A stretch of 64,000 bases of DNA from Bispira polyomma (Eukaryota): NCBI GenBank assembly GCA_965649765.1, contig OZ287753.1, forward strand, positions 73,532,001-73,596,000, given 5' to 3'. Below, piece after piece: positions 48,684 to 61,425 of the stretch. Below the pieces are notes generated by a model, which saw nothing but the letters and a program-made list of their open reading frames with translations, did no database searches and was not told the DNA's origin. Positions within the stretch are counted from its first letter, which is position 1, and each line of letters begins with the position of its first letter. A program made the position numbers and the translations under genes.

Positions 48684-48835
48684 CTTTACTGCTCCAGCAA
48701 ATTTCAATAGGTTAAATGCTCGACATAACATTTTATTGTGGTTTCAAAATATCAAAACACTTTATGATGCTGACCCCATGCATGTACTGTCATGGCTAAA
48801 ATTATGCATGTGCACCCACAGTATTGCTTGTTTAT

Positions 48836-49355
48836 GATGTACGTTGATTTTGCCACACTTGATTTTGCCGCCCATTGATTTTGCCACAGTTTTCACAGGG
48901 CTATGATTTTGCCATAGGGGTGTATTGATTTTTCCACACTTTCTTTTTATTAGACTAAAAAAATACATATGGGAAAAGTACATTGTATTAGACTTAATAA
49001 AAGTATTACTAACTTTATTGTAACAATATCATTAAAGATATTTGTGATATACTGTTATCTGAGAGAATTTACCAAATTAAAGAGTTCCTAAAGAACCAGA
49101 TTAATCCCTCTCCCATATCACTGGGCCATTGTGGTATTTGTAAATTGTAATAAACAGTTATTAGGATATGTAAAAACGTTATACTTTTAGTCTCCATAAA
49201 TGTATTTCTTTAAAATTCAAAACTACATGTATTTTAAAATATAGCAAAAAAGTGTGGCAGTATCAAGAGACCCCTGTGGCAATATCATAGCCCTGTAAAA
49301 ACTGTGGCAAAATCAGTGTGTGGCAAAATTAAGTGTGGCAAAATCCTAAACAATC
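48836..49355. mobile_element. MULE-type MITE with long TIRs and 8-9 bp TSD
   Basis: Arms built of GATTTTGCCAC repeats versus GTGGCAAAATC repeats; (C)TTGTTTAT duplicated at 48827-48835 and 49355-49363. Confidence 0.8.
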
Positions 49356-49489
49356 TTGTTTATATCGCTGGCAGTGTTGATCTGGAAATTGTGGCTCATG
49401 TGTGTAATAAATGCTTTAATATTTACCTGTCATTTATCTTTTAGTTGAAGATGGCCAACAACCGCATATTGAATACATTACTGACAAAT

Positions 49490-51032
49490 GTATCAAAAAA
49501 AGATGCTGTGGTGTTATTGCATGATGTAGGGCCATTATTGAGTGGTAATAACACTCTAAGTGTGACCCCTTTCATCTGGTTGGGTAAGTAACTATAATAA
49601 CTAAGGATAGTATTTTCCTCCTTTAAATGAATTTTTCTGGATTTTTTTTCAAAATTTAAAGACTTGTATTACATTTTAGATTTAGGTTTGAAAATTAACA
49701 GGGAATAGCTGGTGATGTACAACTGCCCAGGTGGTAGGAACTACATGCTGTTATATTTACATTTTGCCAGTTCATGTTAACACCATACAGTTATGGCGTT
49801 GAGTTCTATATTAATTACGTAGGGTCGCCACCTGTCTGTATTGTAAAAGTGGTAAAAAAATAACAAAAACCCTGATATGATTAACAACTCAAAAATACCA
49901 ATAATAATCATGTTACATTTGACTGATGTGTATGATGTGCTATCATCGAGAGAAAGTATAAGATTAGGTATCACTTTTAAAATTGTGATACTTTTTGTTC
50001 GAGGTACTTGCATGCAAACCACTAAGTTCAAGGCATGATAAGCTCGCAATTTATAGACGTAACTAAAGTAATGGTATTTTATAAAATAGAACCCCCCAAA
50101 ATAAAATACACTAGTAACCTGACAACGCAGATAAATTAAGTCAACCAAACTTTTGGAAAAAGATTTGATTTAAACATTTTTAATCGTGATATTATAGTGA
50201 TATCATCATTAAAATCTGGTTGTATCGTGATGCCATTTTTAATTGGTGATGACAATTCTAACCAGGTTACAATGATCTATGGTCCATACCAGGTCATTCA
50301 AACACGTGTTTTGCAATTCAGGTGAATCTTCGGCCAACTTTAGCCACGCTTACCATTATAAATAGTTTATATGCATTACTTGTAATATACAACTTACTCT
50401 TATGTATTCAAAAAAGATGCTGTGGTGTTAATGCACGATGTAAGGCCATTATTGAGTAATGGCACTCTATGTGTGACCCCTTTCATCCATTTGGGTAAGT
50501 AACTATAATAATTAAGTATAGTATTTTGCTCATTTGAATCAAGTTTTCTTGAATTTTTTAAAATTAAAAGACTTGTGAATAGCTGTCCATGGACAACTGC
50601 CCAGGTGGTAGGAACTATTTGCTGTTATATTTGCATTTTACTAGTTCATTTTAACACCATACAGTTATGGCATTGTGTTCTATAATCATAGGTAGGGTCA
50701 CCACCTGTTTGTGATGTGAAAGTGTAAAAAAACCAAAACAACCCTATGATCAAAAACTGAAAAACCCTATAATAATCATGTTACGTTTAACTGATGTGTG
50801 TAATGTATTATCATTAGGAAAATCTGGTGGTAATGTAATGCCATTTCTAACTGGTGATGACAGTTTTTACCAGTTTATCAGATTATATATGACCCATACC
50901 AGGTCATTCAAACATGGTCACGTGAACTATCAACACATGGTTTACAATTCTAGTGAATCTTCCACCCACTTTAGCCACGCTTACCATTATAAATAGTTTA
51001 TATGCATTACTTGTAATATACAACTTACTCTT
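49490..51032. repeat. Diverged tandem duplication (~910 bp and ~625 bp units)
   Basis: AAAAAAGATGCTGTGGTGTTA...GTGTGACCCCTTTCATC...GGGTAAGTAACTATAATA at 49495 and 50410; both units end in AATATACAACTTACTCTTAT. Confidence 0.85.
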
Positions 51033-51174
51033 ATTATATTTACTTATTATCATTTTGTAGGTTTTCAATGTGAGTCTTTGCCAATTTTACCCAGCTTTAG
51101 CACACCGTTTACTTTCTGTTGATAATCTACAGTCCATAGAGATGTACAGTATTCTATCCATATTCAAGGACTCG

Positions 51175-51412
51175 GGGCTGGTATTCTCGAAGGTATACTC
51201 AGCTCAAAGTCATACTCAACTCAAATTTCTCTAAAACTCTGGATACGGCAAAGATATCTAAAATCTAACTTGTTACTTGAATTCAGTGTTGAAAGCACTA
51301 TTAAAACGAATGGTCATAAGTAAAGGTTATTTCCATGTACAAAGATTTTCACATGGCCTGTATTTGAGTTGAGTATGAGTTTAAGCTGAGTATATGTTCA
51401 ATAATACAGGCC
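51175..51412. mobile_element. Harbinger-type MITE
   Basis: GGGCTGGTATTCTCGAAGGTATACTCAGCT...ACTCAACTCAAAT is inverted to ATTTGAGTTGAGTATGAG...AATACAGGCC, followed by CTG. Confidence 0.7.
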
Positions 51413-51519
51413 CTGGAATATATTTTTCCTTTCCTTAAATGGTCAAAAAAGTACTTAAAAAACCCTTCTACATTTAATGTCTATTTTTGATATTTCTGCT
51501 GAATTTTGATAAAACATCA

Positions 51520-51725
51520 AAGGGATTTAATGGTGTAGTGGTAAATCACACGCCTGCCACTTTTGCAGTCATGGGTTTGAATCTTGAGGTATATGTGGGA
51601 AAGTTGGTTGTTCACAGAGCCAAACAAAATTGGCCAACTACATTGTTCTGATTTCCTCCACCAGTGAACTACCTGCTGTGATATATGACATCAAACTTGT
51701 TGAAGGCATCGTTAAACTAAACTAA
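51520..51725 (+). mobile_element. tRNA-derived SINE (diverged)
   Basis: ATGGTGTAGTGGTAA, GGGTTTGAATCTT, TGTGGGAAAGTTGG, TTTCCTCCACCAGTGAACT, CGTTAAAC. Confidence 0.7.
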
Positions 51726-51848
51726 TAGAACATTGGGAAATTATTTCTAACAGGACATTTCGGACATTTTGTCATAAGCTGATCCACTCAGCACATCCTT
51801 CGCTACCAATGTAAGTTTTACCCCACATCCTATATATATACAGAATTT

Positions 51849-51955
51849 GGGGCAAGTCGTCCCCAAAACAAGGTCGTCCCCAACCAACTCGTCCGCATAT
51901 ATTTACAAACTCGGCCCCATATATTTACAAACTTGTTTTGGGGATGACTTGCCCC
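51849..51955. mobile_element. Short palindromic MITE
   Basis: GGGGCAAGTCGTCCCCAAAACAAG ... CTTGTTTTGGGGATGACTTGCCCC inverted repeat. Confidence 0.75.
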
Positions 51956-52683
51956 TATACAGGCTATAGGGTATTATTTTCACCTGGCTTGTCTGGATGG
52001 GAAGTCAGGAGTTTGTTCAGGCTTTAAGTACAGGCAAGGATCTGGTGCACAATAATGTGGCTTTTGGAAATATAAACTTTGAGGAAAATGTCAAATATTT
52101 TGAAATAGGTTGTAGAAAGTATAATACAGTGGTGATAATGTTGTTGTCACAATAAATAATGTGGTTGTCCTTTATTGAGATAAAATGTGATTATAGAAAA
52201 TATTTTAGGGCTGTGCAACACTGCAAGGGCGATTATCCAATATTTTTTGCAGGAATCAATTTGGAAATGTGCGCTTCCATGTTCTTGCAAAAGTCACATT
52301 TTTGACCATTGATTTCTTGATTATATTTCTAGTTAAAATGGTGTTTTAAATTAATGTGGCCAATAGATGAAGTCTCGTTATTATTTTACTCCATTTGGCT
52401 GCAGGATATACTGGTATCCTCATCAGAATAAGCTTCCATAAAAAAAGTTCTATGAAAAAGTAACAAGGTTGCTTGAGGTCAAACAAGTGTCTCTCAGGCA
52501 GGGTGGCCAGTTTATACCAAACTGTTTTGATTGCAGGAATTTTTAAACAATGCTATTTCAGCTAAACTGTTAAACATTATTATTTGAGGTATATGCTGGC
52601 CTACTTGGTGAAATTATTTTGAAATTAACAGATTACTCTGTTTGTAGTAATTACATCAGAAGCAGTTGATTAAAATAGCACTG

Positions 52684-52860
52684 CAGTGGAACCCTTTTAA
52701 GTAGAATCTGAAGGTACCATAAAAATTTGTTCTACTTAACAGAAAAATTAACTTAACAAGGTAAATTTTAATTAGAACTATAGCAGTGGGACCTTAAAAT
52801 AACTTCTACTTAACAGGTAATTCCGTTTATCAGAGTGTTATGTAAAGGGGTTTGACTGTA
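52684..52860. mobile_element. Tc1/mariner-type MITE
   Basis: CAGTGGAACCC ... GGGGTTTGACTG(TA) termini with internal CTACTTAACAG repeats; a related fragment lies at ~3740-3800. Confidence 0.55.
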
Positions 52861-53035
52861 GTTCTATTTTTAGTGTTTGCCATTGTAATGTGACACATGT
52901 GTTATAATTTTGGCCAAACAAATGTGGCATAATACATAATAGTTGTGAGACAGTCTTGAAAATATGTGCCACAGTTCTCCTTGGTGAAATGTGAAGGTCA
53001 AAGTGAAAGTTAGGTTGATTAAGAAGTAAAGTGTT

Positions 53036-56000
53036 TGCAGAAACAGTCAGAGTATCATTTGAGGTATATTTATTTTCTGTACATTGTTAGTAAAGTGTAT
53101 ATATATACAAGTAGGGATAAAATAAAGGAAAATTTTTAAAAACCTGACAATTTTTAAAATCATCCAAGCCAAACTAAGAACTAGGGTATGGAAGAAGCAA
53201 AGGTAAGGGGAACAGCAGAAATGGCATCAGAATTCTGGTGAAGGTAGGACCATACGGCAGATGACCTCCAAAGGCCATGTGCCATAATGTTCTGAAGAGA
53301 TACGTTATGGTTGAAGGCAAACGTGGCGCCTGACCTTCTGAAGGTGTGAAAAGTGTGTTCCTTAAGTGAGATACCCACATGTGTGAGCACTGAAGCTAAA
53401 GCTGACCTTACATGTGATTCTATGACTGGAAAGTGAGGTTGACAAGCATGTACAAACAGTGGATGTTGAGGTGGCAAAGGTCTTGAATGTAGCAAGTTCT
53501 TGAGAGCGGAAACTGGACATAACGCCAAGTTTTTCAGTGAAGGAATTTGTATGACATGGAATTGTGACCTGTTTTGAAGGTTCTTAGCCCATTTAAGAAT
53601 AATGTGGGCTCCTGAGTGGCCAAATACAATATCTTTCCTCAGAAAATGACGTGTAGGGTCAAATTTTGACCTTGAGTGAGGAGCTATATTGGAGAGTCGG
53701 AGGAAACCGAAGAAGGCCATCATGAAGATTGCCCTATATAATGGTGGGTCACTCAGAATATCACATGCCTTGGATATGAGGATCAAATGGTGGATTTGGA
53801 AGATTCCCTTGGGGAGAGGTGTAAATGGTGAAGTATGTGATAAACTCCTTGTGAAAAGGGCCACAGCATTTTTTTTGAATATGTTAATGTCCCAGTACAG
53901 CTTGTTCGCAATGTGCTTTATAGCCGCTATATAATTATTGATCATGTTCACCGATGAACCTGTCTGTACTAGATATTCTAGGAAAGAAATGAAAGAGTGT
54001 GTGGTGACATTTTCTACACCAGCATAACAGTTAAAAGCAACAAAAGTTCTGAACTGATTGTTATAAGTTTGCTGTAGTCTTTGGTCTGAGAGCACTGTTA
54101 ATCCGCTGCCAAGCTGAAGCTGTGAACTTCTGAGTGAACTTGTTTGCACCTGGAATTATATATTAAAATTTAAGTTGAAATAATGTAGTGGAATGTCTAC
54201 CCATGTACATGAGTCCCTTATGATGTTAAACTGCTCTTTGTGTGGTGGTTGATCAGAAAATAATCTTGATAACAGGTCAGCTATAACATTCTTCTTACCC
54301 TCAATATGTCTAATCTCTACAGTAATGTCATAGGTTGCTGAGATCAACCAAATATTCCTTAAGCACAGTGCTAAAAAGTCATCCTTAGTTTTATTGGACT
54401 GAACTACTAGGACTACAGCCATGTTATCACAGTGTAAAACTATGCGTTTATGACTCCACTGCTCACCCCAGGCCCTAAGTGCCAGAAGAATGTTGAGCAT
54501 TTCCAAATGCACTATGGAGAGATTTCTATTATAAATGTTATAAAAAGGTGTAGCGTATATCTGATCGTTATATATTGCCCCCAGTCCCGTGAGGCAAGCG
54601 TCTATGAAAACCTCATTCTCATGGCTTTGTACTATGGGGTTGATATATGTGATACCGTTGTAGTTTGGAAGAAATTTGACAAACCAAAGTAAATCTGCTT
54701 TTATTTCCTCCAATATCTTGAACCTTTTGGCACCACTATTATTTCTAAATGCCATTAGTAATCTATTTATAAAAACTCGAGCCGGCTTAACGCATTTATG
54801 TATATAAAGTAACTTGCCTAGAATAGACTGAAATTTTGTACGGGATATCCAGGTCTTATTAATAATGTCTACGCATATGTCAAGTGTTTCTTTAATCTTA
54901 TCCGGTGTGATGCTTATGGTGCCTTTATCTATATCGATATCAATGCCAAGGCAGGTAATTTTTGAACTAGGCCTTGAAATTTTGTTTGGATTCAAAGGGA
55001 AACCCAAATATGTGACCAAGTCATGCACTGTGTCGAAAGCTGCATCCGCCTGATCCATAGTCGAAACACCGATATAATCGTCGATATAACAATACTTTAT
55101 GGTTGCTCTTGTTCAAGGTGTAAGCTATGATGTCAGAGTAATGCTGAAAAGCAGCCGAGCCGTGGACCCAACCAAAAGCCACCGCAGGATCAACGTACTT
55201 ATTGTTGTTGAAATTAATACCTAGTTTCATTGCGTCAACTGGGTCCACCCTCAGGTTGCGGAACGCGCGCAATACGTCCAGTTTAAAAATTTTGAGGTTA
55301 TGTGTAATTCGAATTTGTTCCACTGTATCATCTATGGTTGGAAATTTCAGTACGAAATCTATACGGTCAAATTTTGTTCTATCAACATTGTCATTAACCG
55401 AGTTATCTCGAGGATGTGATAAATTCAAAATGACTGGCCTGGTCTGGTAAGCAGTGGAGAGCAGTGAAAAGATTTGCTGGCAATTGTTGGACTAGGGCCT
55501 AACATTGCACCGCATTGTTTCTCTTTGGTTAAGTATTCCTCGATGGCTTCCTTGTGTTGAAGAGCAGAGTAATGGTTAACTGTTTCCTTAACTTGTAATA
55601 TGTCACTATTCTTAAGGGATAAGGGGAAACCGAACTTAATGTACTGAATGAGTAATTCATCAGGGTAATCTCTCAAGACGTCCTCCCAGGCTTGAATGTT
55701 CAAACCTGAGATCAAAGGAATCCTTGCACCCTTATAGTTAGGACATCCCGTGTCCCCAATGATGTGTGTTATGTTGTATGGAGGTAATGTGTATGGGGGC
55801 CCTATCCGGACCTATAAATTTGAAATTGGTTTTGGAAGTGGTCAAAAACCCTCGGTTCTTATGTGGAAAACTTATATCCCTAACCTGACTGTGGTGCACA
55901 GTATCCTGTGGTTCAAATTTTTGGGAATTATCGAAGAAGTCGTACGACGCCATCTTACCTTTATGACAGGATTTAACTGTCTTAACCATTGCTGGTTTGT

Positions 56001-59000
56001 CATTGCTGACTCTACACATTTTATTTTCATTCAATTCAAGTGACATCTTATCAATAATATCAACTATATACTCTGTGTAATTGACATTAAATCTATTTTT
56101 ACAGTTAGCGTCTCTCTGATAATCTTGCCAAACATTTATTGCTAACCTTTTATCCTCATCACTAACATTGCTCAACTCGTTTAAATTATCTCTGTATGCC
56201 AGTGTCTGACCAGTGTAAACCCGAGTGGAATAATATTCTATGATATTCATGCAACCCGCTGGGGGGTGTTTACATTTGAAATATTGTCCCCTTTGTCCAA
56301 TGACCCCATCCCCCAAGATATAAAATCCCGAAAGGTGAGTTTGATGGCACTGTATATATGCCACATGCAAGCTGTGGTTTCTATCTGGTATATAATATGA
56401 CCAACTGGTGACAGAGACAATTATTTCCATGTAAGACCCAACAGGGCCACCATATTCAAACTGTTTATCAACATTATGACAACTTAAAGTTTCCCTCTTC
56501 ATTACCGTTAGCTTCAATAAAATGTTTACCTGCTTCAGTATCACTTGCATAATCCGAATTGTAACTGTCGGGATAATTATGACTCTGTAAGTTATGTCCA
56601 ATGTTGTGGGAAAACTCGTTTCCCCTACCCGAAGCCGAGTTGTGAATACTACCTGAATGACTGTCAGTATCAAGACTGCACTCAGTACCTATGAACTGTT
56701 TAGGGTTGATAAAATCAAGGTGTTTATGATTGACACGCTTGACTGCCCTGTTACCGTTTATGACCCCTTGGTGGTGTTGATACAGGTCAGTATGTGGTAT
56801 GTGGTTTATATCATTATGACCACAATCGACTAACAATACATTTATAATTGCCTTGTTCCTTGACTCGAGTGGGATATTATCAGGTACACCTGTAAGAGAA
56901 ATATTATTCCAACAGTTACTGTTAACACCAGATTCTAGCTTATCCTTCACAACATCAACAGGATTATTATGCCTACATTTATTGTTATTACCAGATTCTA
57001 GCTTGTCCTTCACATCATTAGTTGGTGACTGACATTTGCTTTTCACACATACACTGCCCTTGGAATTAATATTTCCAACGGGTTCTAATATGTCTTTTAC
57101 AATTTTAACTAATGGTTGCTTATAACATTCGACTTTGTTATTTTTGTATAGTAACTTATTTTTATCTTTAACTTCTGCTAACTTATCTGTTCTCAGAACA
57201 CTGTTCCTATTCTCAAACATACTGTCCCTAACTTGAGTTCCTAGTCCTAGTAGTTGTCCGTCGTCCTAACGGCTAGACCCCTGAACCGGATCTGTCAGCT
57301 TGACTGAATTTGCTTTGTAACATTTAAATTCCGGATGGTATACGTCCTTGTGTAGAACCGTGGCGCAATGCCAACATACGTGCTTAAAATTACTATGGTC
57401 GGATTTATGTGAGCATTTGCCTGAGTTTTAAAGTTTGCATATCTTCATCGCCCCGTTGTTACTGGGGGTAGAGCTAGTGGTTTTGGAATTCATCATAGCG
57501 AGTTGGGAGGCACTGAGGCGGTTTAGGGCCCACTGGGTAGAGTCGCCCCAAGCCAGCCGACCTTCCTCGACCTCTGTCATGCTGGTGGCCCATGCTGTCC
57601 GCACCACCTCCCAGGGCAACGAGGACGCGTCCTTAAGAGCCAGGATAACTTGTTGGATCATATCTTTAGAAGTGGCCGGATCTGTAACTTGTAGTGTGAT
57701 GGACAACTGTCCTGACGCCCACTGGGGAAGTGATAAGTCATCGAAAAGTGGCTTTTTACGTAGGGAACCGCCCGTCCAGCCCTCATTCGCCCACCTGACG
57801 TTGGGGTTGGCAGTGGGAATATCAGTGGCATTAAATCTTCCGGACTTTTGACGTAAAGCATTCTTACCTTGGCTAAAAGCCATCTGTGCCTGGATGTTGT
57901 ATTCAGCGAGTCTTGCCTTGACACATCAGGAAGTGACTTGTGCACGTCAGCTCTAGGAACGATCCCATCTGTCGAATAAGCCGCAGCGGTGTGAGACCCG
58001 GGGATGTGTGTTGGTAGCTGATCCGTGGTTGCTACCGGCAATGTGAATTGTGGAGTACAACGCTCTGCAATTGTGTTGACAGGTAACCTGGCCTCATGGC
58101 CTGGTGGGGCTACCATAGGTACTGCCGAGACAGTCATAGATGAAGGCATCTGCGACGCAAAATGCTGCTGGGGTACATTCGCTGTCGGCGGATGAGTGCT
58201 CAGATCTCTCGCTTCTACACGTGCTAGTCTCTGACCTAATGCCGCGTTTGAGTCCTCCAAACGCTTCAAGATAGCTAGCATCTGGGAGCTATTGTCGTCG
58301 GGAACCAAAGGGTTGATAAGTTGGAATTGGGTGGTTGCAGGTGATGCGTGTTGTGAAGCTTGGGCGAACGGGCCGCTGAGATCAGTTACCAGACTGTCAT
58401 AGATGTGGCTATGCTTACCCGTCCGCTTTGAGGAGCTTTTCTTTGACGCTAACTTCTTGGCTTTTCCATCTGTAGCCGGAGTTTTGGTTGTGCGAGTTCT
58501 CCCCATAACGACGCACAGAACACATAAATATATATAGTATAGTTAAAAACAAATAAAAAGATAAAAAACTAAAATACTAAAACAGTGGAAAGCAACAGTG
58601 CCTTCATTAACCTGGCATATAAAAGAAAAAAGTCTGTGGACGCTGCATAACCAGAACCGAGCCGGTCCTATCAAGTCTAACTCTAGAGGTATCAGGCTTT
58701 ATGTTAAGCTTTAGTAAAACCCTTAAAATATTTTAAATCAGCTGTGGTAAAAGGGGAGGAGGTGGGAAAAAGTCTGTGTTCCTCTGTTGCTTTCCCTTTC
58801 CAAAATGGCTGGTCAATATTACCCCAAGGTTAAGTTTTTAGAGGGAATGAATCTGATTGGCTGTGTGCTAGTATGCCAGCCAAATAGTAGTGTAGCCCCA
58901 TTCGCTAGGGGTTAAGGTAAGGAGTAAAATTTCTAGTGGGAGAACTGAACTATCAGACCCCCGTTGGGTCGTGATGTGCAGTGTACCTACCCACCTAGAA

Positions 59001-59020
59001 TCTGACTTTGATCTCTGCAC
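53036..59020 (-). mobile_element. DIRS-type tyrosine-recombinase retrotransposon, near full length, mildly disrupted
   Basis: gag-like 58506-57250 with a Cys/His knuckle; pol 57220-54156 (FGFPL, DVLRAFRNL, FGWVHGSAAFQ, YIDDY via frameshift, RNase H IDACLTGLG...HCDN...NVIADLLSR); intact YR 54149-53181 (FFGFLRLSN, CPV, HTFRRSGA, HGLWRSSAVWSY). Imperfect inverted ends TGCAGAAACAGTCAGA / TCTGACTTTGATCTCTGCA. Confidence 0.92.
53181..54149 (-). CDS. Tyrosine recombinase of the DIRS element
   Basis: 322-aa open frame with the catalytic R...HxxR...H/W...Y series. Confidence 0.88.
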   Translation of the reverse strand: MQTSSLRSSQLQLGSGLTVLSDQRLQQTYNNQFRTFVAFNCYAGVENVTTHSFISFLEYLVQTGSSVNMINNYIAAIKHIANKLYWDINIFKKNAVALFTRSLSHTSPFTPLPKGIFQIHHLILISKACDILSDPPLYRAIFMMAFFGFLRLSNIAPHSRSKFDPTRHFLRKDIVFGHSGAHIILKWAKNLQNRSQFHVIQIPSLKNLALCPVSALKNLLHSRPLPPQHPLFVHACQPHFPVIESHVRSALASVLTHVGISLKEHTFHTFRRSGATFAFNHNVSLQNIMAHGLWRSSAVWSYLHQNSDAISAVPLTFASSIP

Positions 59021-59776
59021 CCGCGTTAAATAATATTTGCATAATGTTCACCTCTATATCCCACACGCTGTACCACACCAAAATATAAAGTGCTTTTAAA
59101 ATTACAATTTCAACAAAATCTTAGTGCAACTAGGTTATAAAAATATATATATCTGCATAAGTTTTTTTAGTTGTGAGATAAAATGAGGTTAAATGATAGA
59201 TTATAATAATTTTTTTCTGACTCACAGGAAACATGGAAGTCCATAATTAGCCAATGAAATGCTGTATTCTGTGGGAATATTAGTGCTTTTATGAAATTGG
59301 CCAATCAGAATCCACTTCCCACAGGGGATTTCCATTGAGTTATATATCTGAGGACCGAAACATTCGAAATCATTCTGAATTAAATTAAAAATGCTCCCGT
59401 TTTCAGGTGAAATCAATTAAATGTGGAATAACCTGGGCTTAAGGATGGAAGCAAATATCAGTTGCGTCATGCACGATAATCCAGAGGATTTTAAATAATA
59501 AAAGCAACAGATTTGTCTGGTTTGTTACTATTCCTTGTAAAATATGTTGTATGTTTTTTCTTGAACCATGTCATATTGGCTCCTCAGAAGATGATATATC
59601 AATAGGACTCCACAGAAATATTTGAATAATAACCAAAAAAAGTGACAATATAATTTCTCAAGCATTTGGGCGTGCAAAGGAGTGATTTTCCTCTCTGAAG
59701 CGAGTTGAGATTGTGCCCTAATACCAGTAGTTTTCTTGTTCAATGTATATTCTTTCTTCATGTTTTCCCTTTGTAG

Positions 59777-61425
59777 ATGTAGAGAAGAATAAAATACCCA
59801 TGCATGCAAGGGAAACCAGCAAGGGAATCACTGCAGACAGATCCCTGGGAGATGGCCCATTGTTGACTTCTGTACCATCACAATCGCCACGGAGAAGTGC
59901 AAGAGTCAAAGGAAAGCAGCCTTCGAATGATCCTGAATTGGTCCGGGCAGGCCCCATAGAAATGGTTTCCAAAAGGCAGCAAAAAGTCGGATCTAGAGAT
60001 GTTGTTGTAAGGGAGTTATTTGAGAAGTCAGAAGAAGCAAGAAGTATAGAAGCAGACAGGTATGATGATGAACCCCAGGAGTCGGAGGAATTATTGAACA
60101 GAACAGAAGAAAGTTTTAAAGTGGAAGATGTCACAGTGAAAAAAGAATCGGACGTTTCCGAAGTATCCGACCAACATGACACCAGCCATACAGGATGGCA
60201 TGGTCCTAACAATACTGTAAAAAATGATGATAATCTTAAAGATGATGTTAAGGATGAGAAGATTTTAAAGATTGCAGAACAATACAGTACAGCAGAGGTC
60301 ACAGCGAAAAGGGAATCAGGCTCCTCAAGAATATGTCAAGACGGATTGGGATCACGCGACATAAGCCAAGTGGTTTTAAGGAAGCGCAAGGGTCATTGTT
60401 TAAACTCACCTTTGAAGTGTAGACTATGCGCAAAGGCCTTTCCAAAGAAAGCCTACTTACGCAGACATGTCTTTAGCCATAACAAAGCAGACTACTTCCC
60501 ATGTCTGCTGTGTGACGAGAGCGGCACCTGTCGACCTTGGTTCGTGGAGCATTGGCGGAAAACACATGGCGAAAAAGAGAAGGCCCAAAGAGTGTCTGAC
60601 ACATTTAGTTGTACCAAGTGTGGAAAAATGTACTCATCGATGCACTCGCTGAGAAGTCACAAGCGCAAGAAGCACAGTAAGCAGAATAGCTTGTGCAAGA
60701 ATTGTGGGGTCACATTTCCTAGCCATATGGAAAAGAAGCAGCACAAATCGTTTTGCCACAAGCGTGAGAAGCACAAAAAACTGATCTCTTGCAATGTGTG
60801 TGGCAAATCTGTGTCGTCTGCACAAGACCATTTGAACATGCATGCGGGTGTGCGTCCGTACTTGTGCCGGGAGTGTGGGAAAGACTTCCTGAGGAAACAC
60901 GGGTTGGAGCGACACACCCAGACGGTGCATTCCGGCGGCGTAAGACCCTTTGTGTGCGAGACGTGTGGAAATAGCTACAGGGCTGTGTCCTACTTGAGGG
61001 TTCACCAGCGCAAACACACGAACGAAAAGCCCTACAAGTGCCAGAAGTGTGGGGCAAAATTTAGACTTTACATAGCCTTGCAGGACCATAGGCGCACACA
61101 TAATGGTGAACGACCATACAAATGCAAGGAGTGTCCAAAGGCATATAAGACCTTCAGCCAATTGAAGACCCACATTAAGATGCATTCCAGCATCAAAGAG
61201 CACAAGTGTTTGATCTGCAAATCCAAGTTTAGGCTGCCACATCAGTTGAGGGCCCATGTTGCCCGTATGCACGAGACCTTGAGCCAACTCAAGACCCACG
61301 CCAACTTTGCCAAGATGCATTCCAGCATTAAAGGGCACAAGTGTGTTATCTGCAAATCCAAGTTTAGGCTCCCACATGAGTTGAGAGCCCATGTTGCCCG
61401 GAAGCACACCGCAGAGGATTATTAG
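59777..61425 (+). CDS. C2H2 zinc-finger protein, terminal coding exon (~11 fingers); upstream exons not identified
   Basis: Open 560-aa frame with an acidic/low-complexity N-part followed by tandem CxxC...HxxxH fingers and TGEKPY-like linkers (HAGVRPY, HTNEKPY, HNGERPY). Pyrimidine-rich acceptor TTTCCCTTTGTAG ends at 59776; stop TAG at 61425. Confidence 0.9.

Noticed and set aside
59743-59776. ATG at 59743 as ZNF start
   Set aside because: Lies within a polypyrimidine tract/acceptor; more likely intronic.
60634-61407. 257-aa and other antisense ORFs over the ZNF exon
   Set aside because: Shadow frames of the repetitive C2H2 coding sequence; no recognisable motifs.
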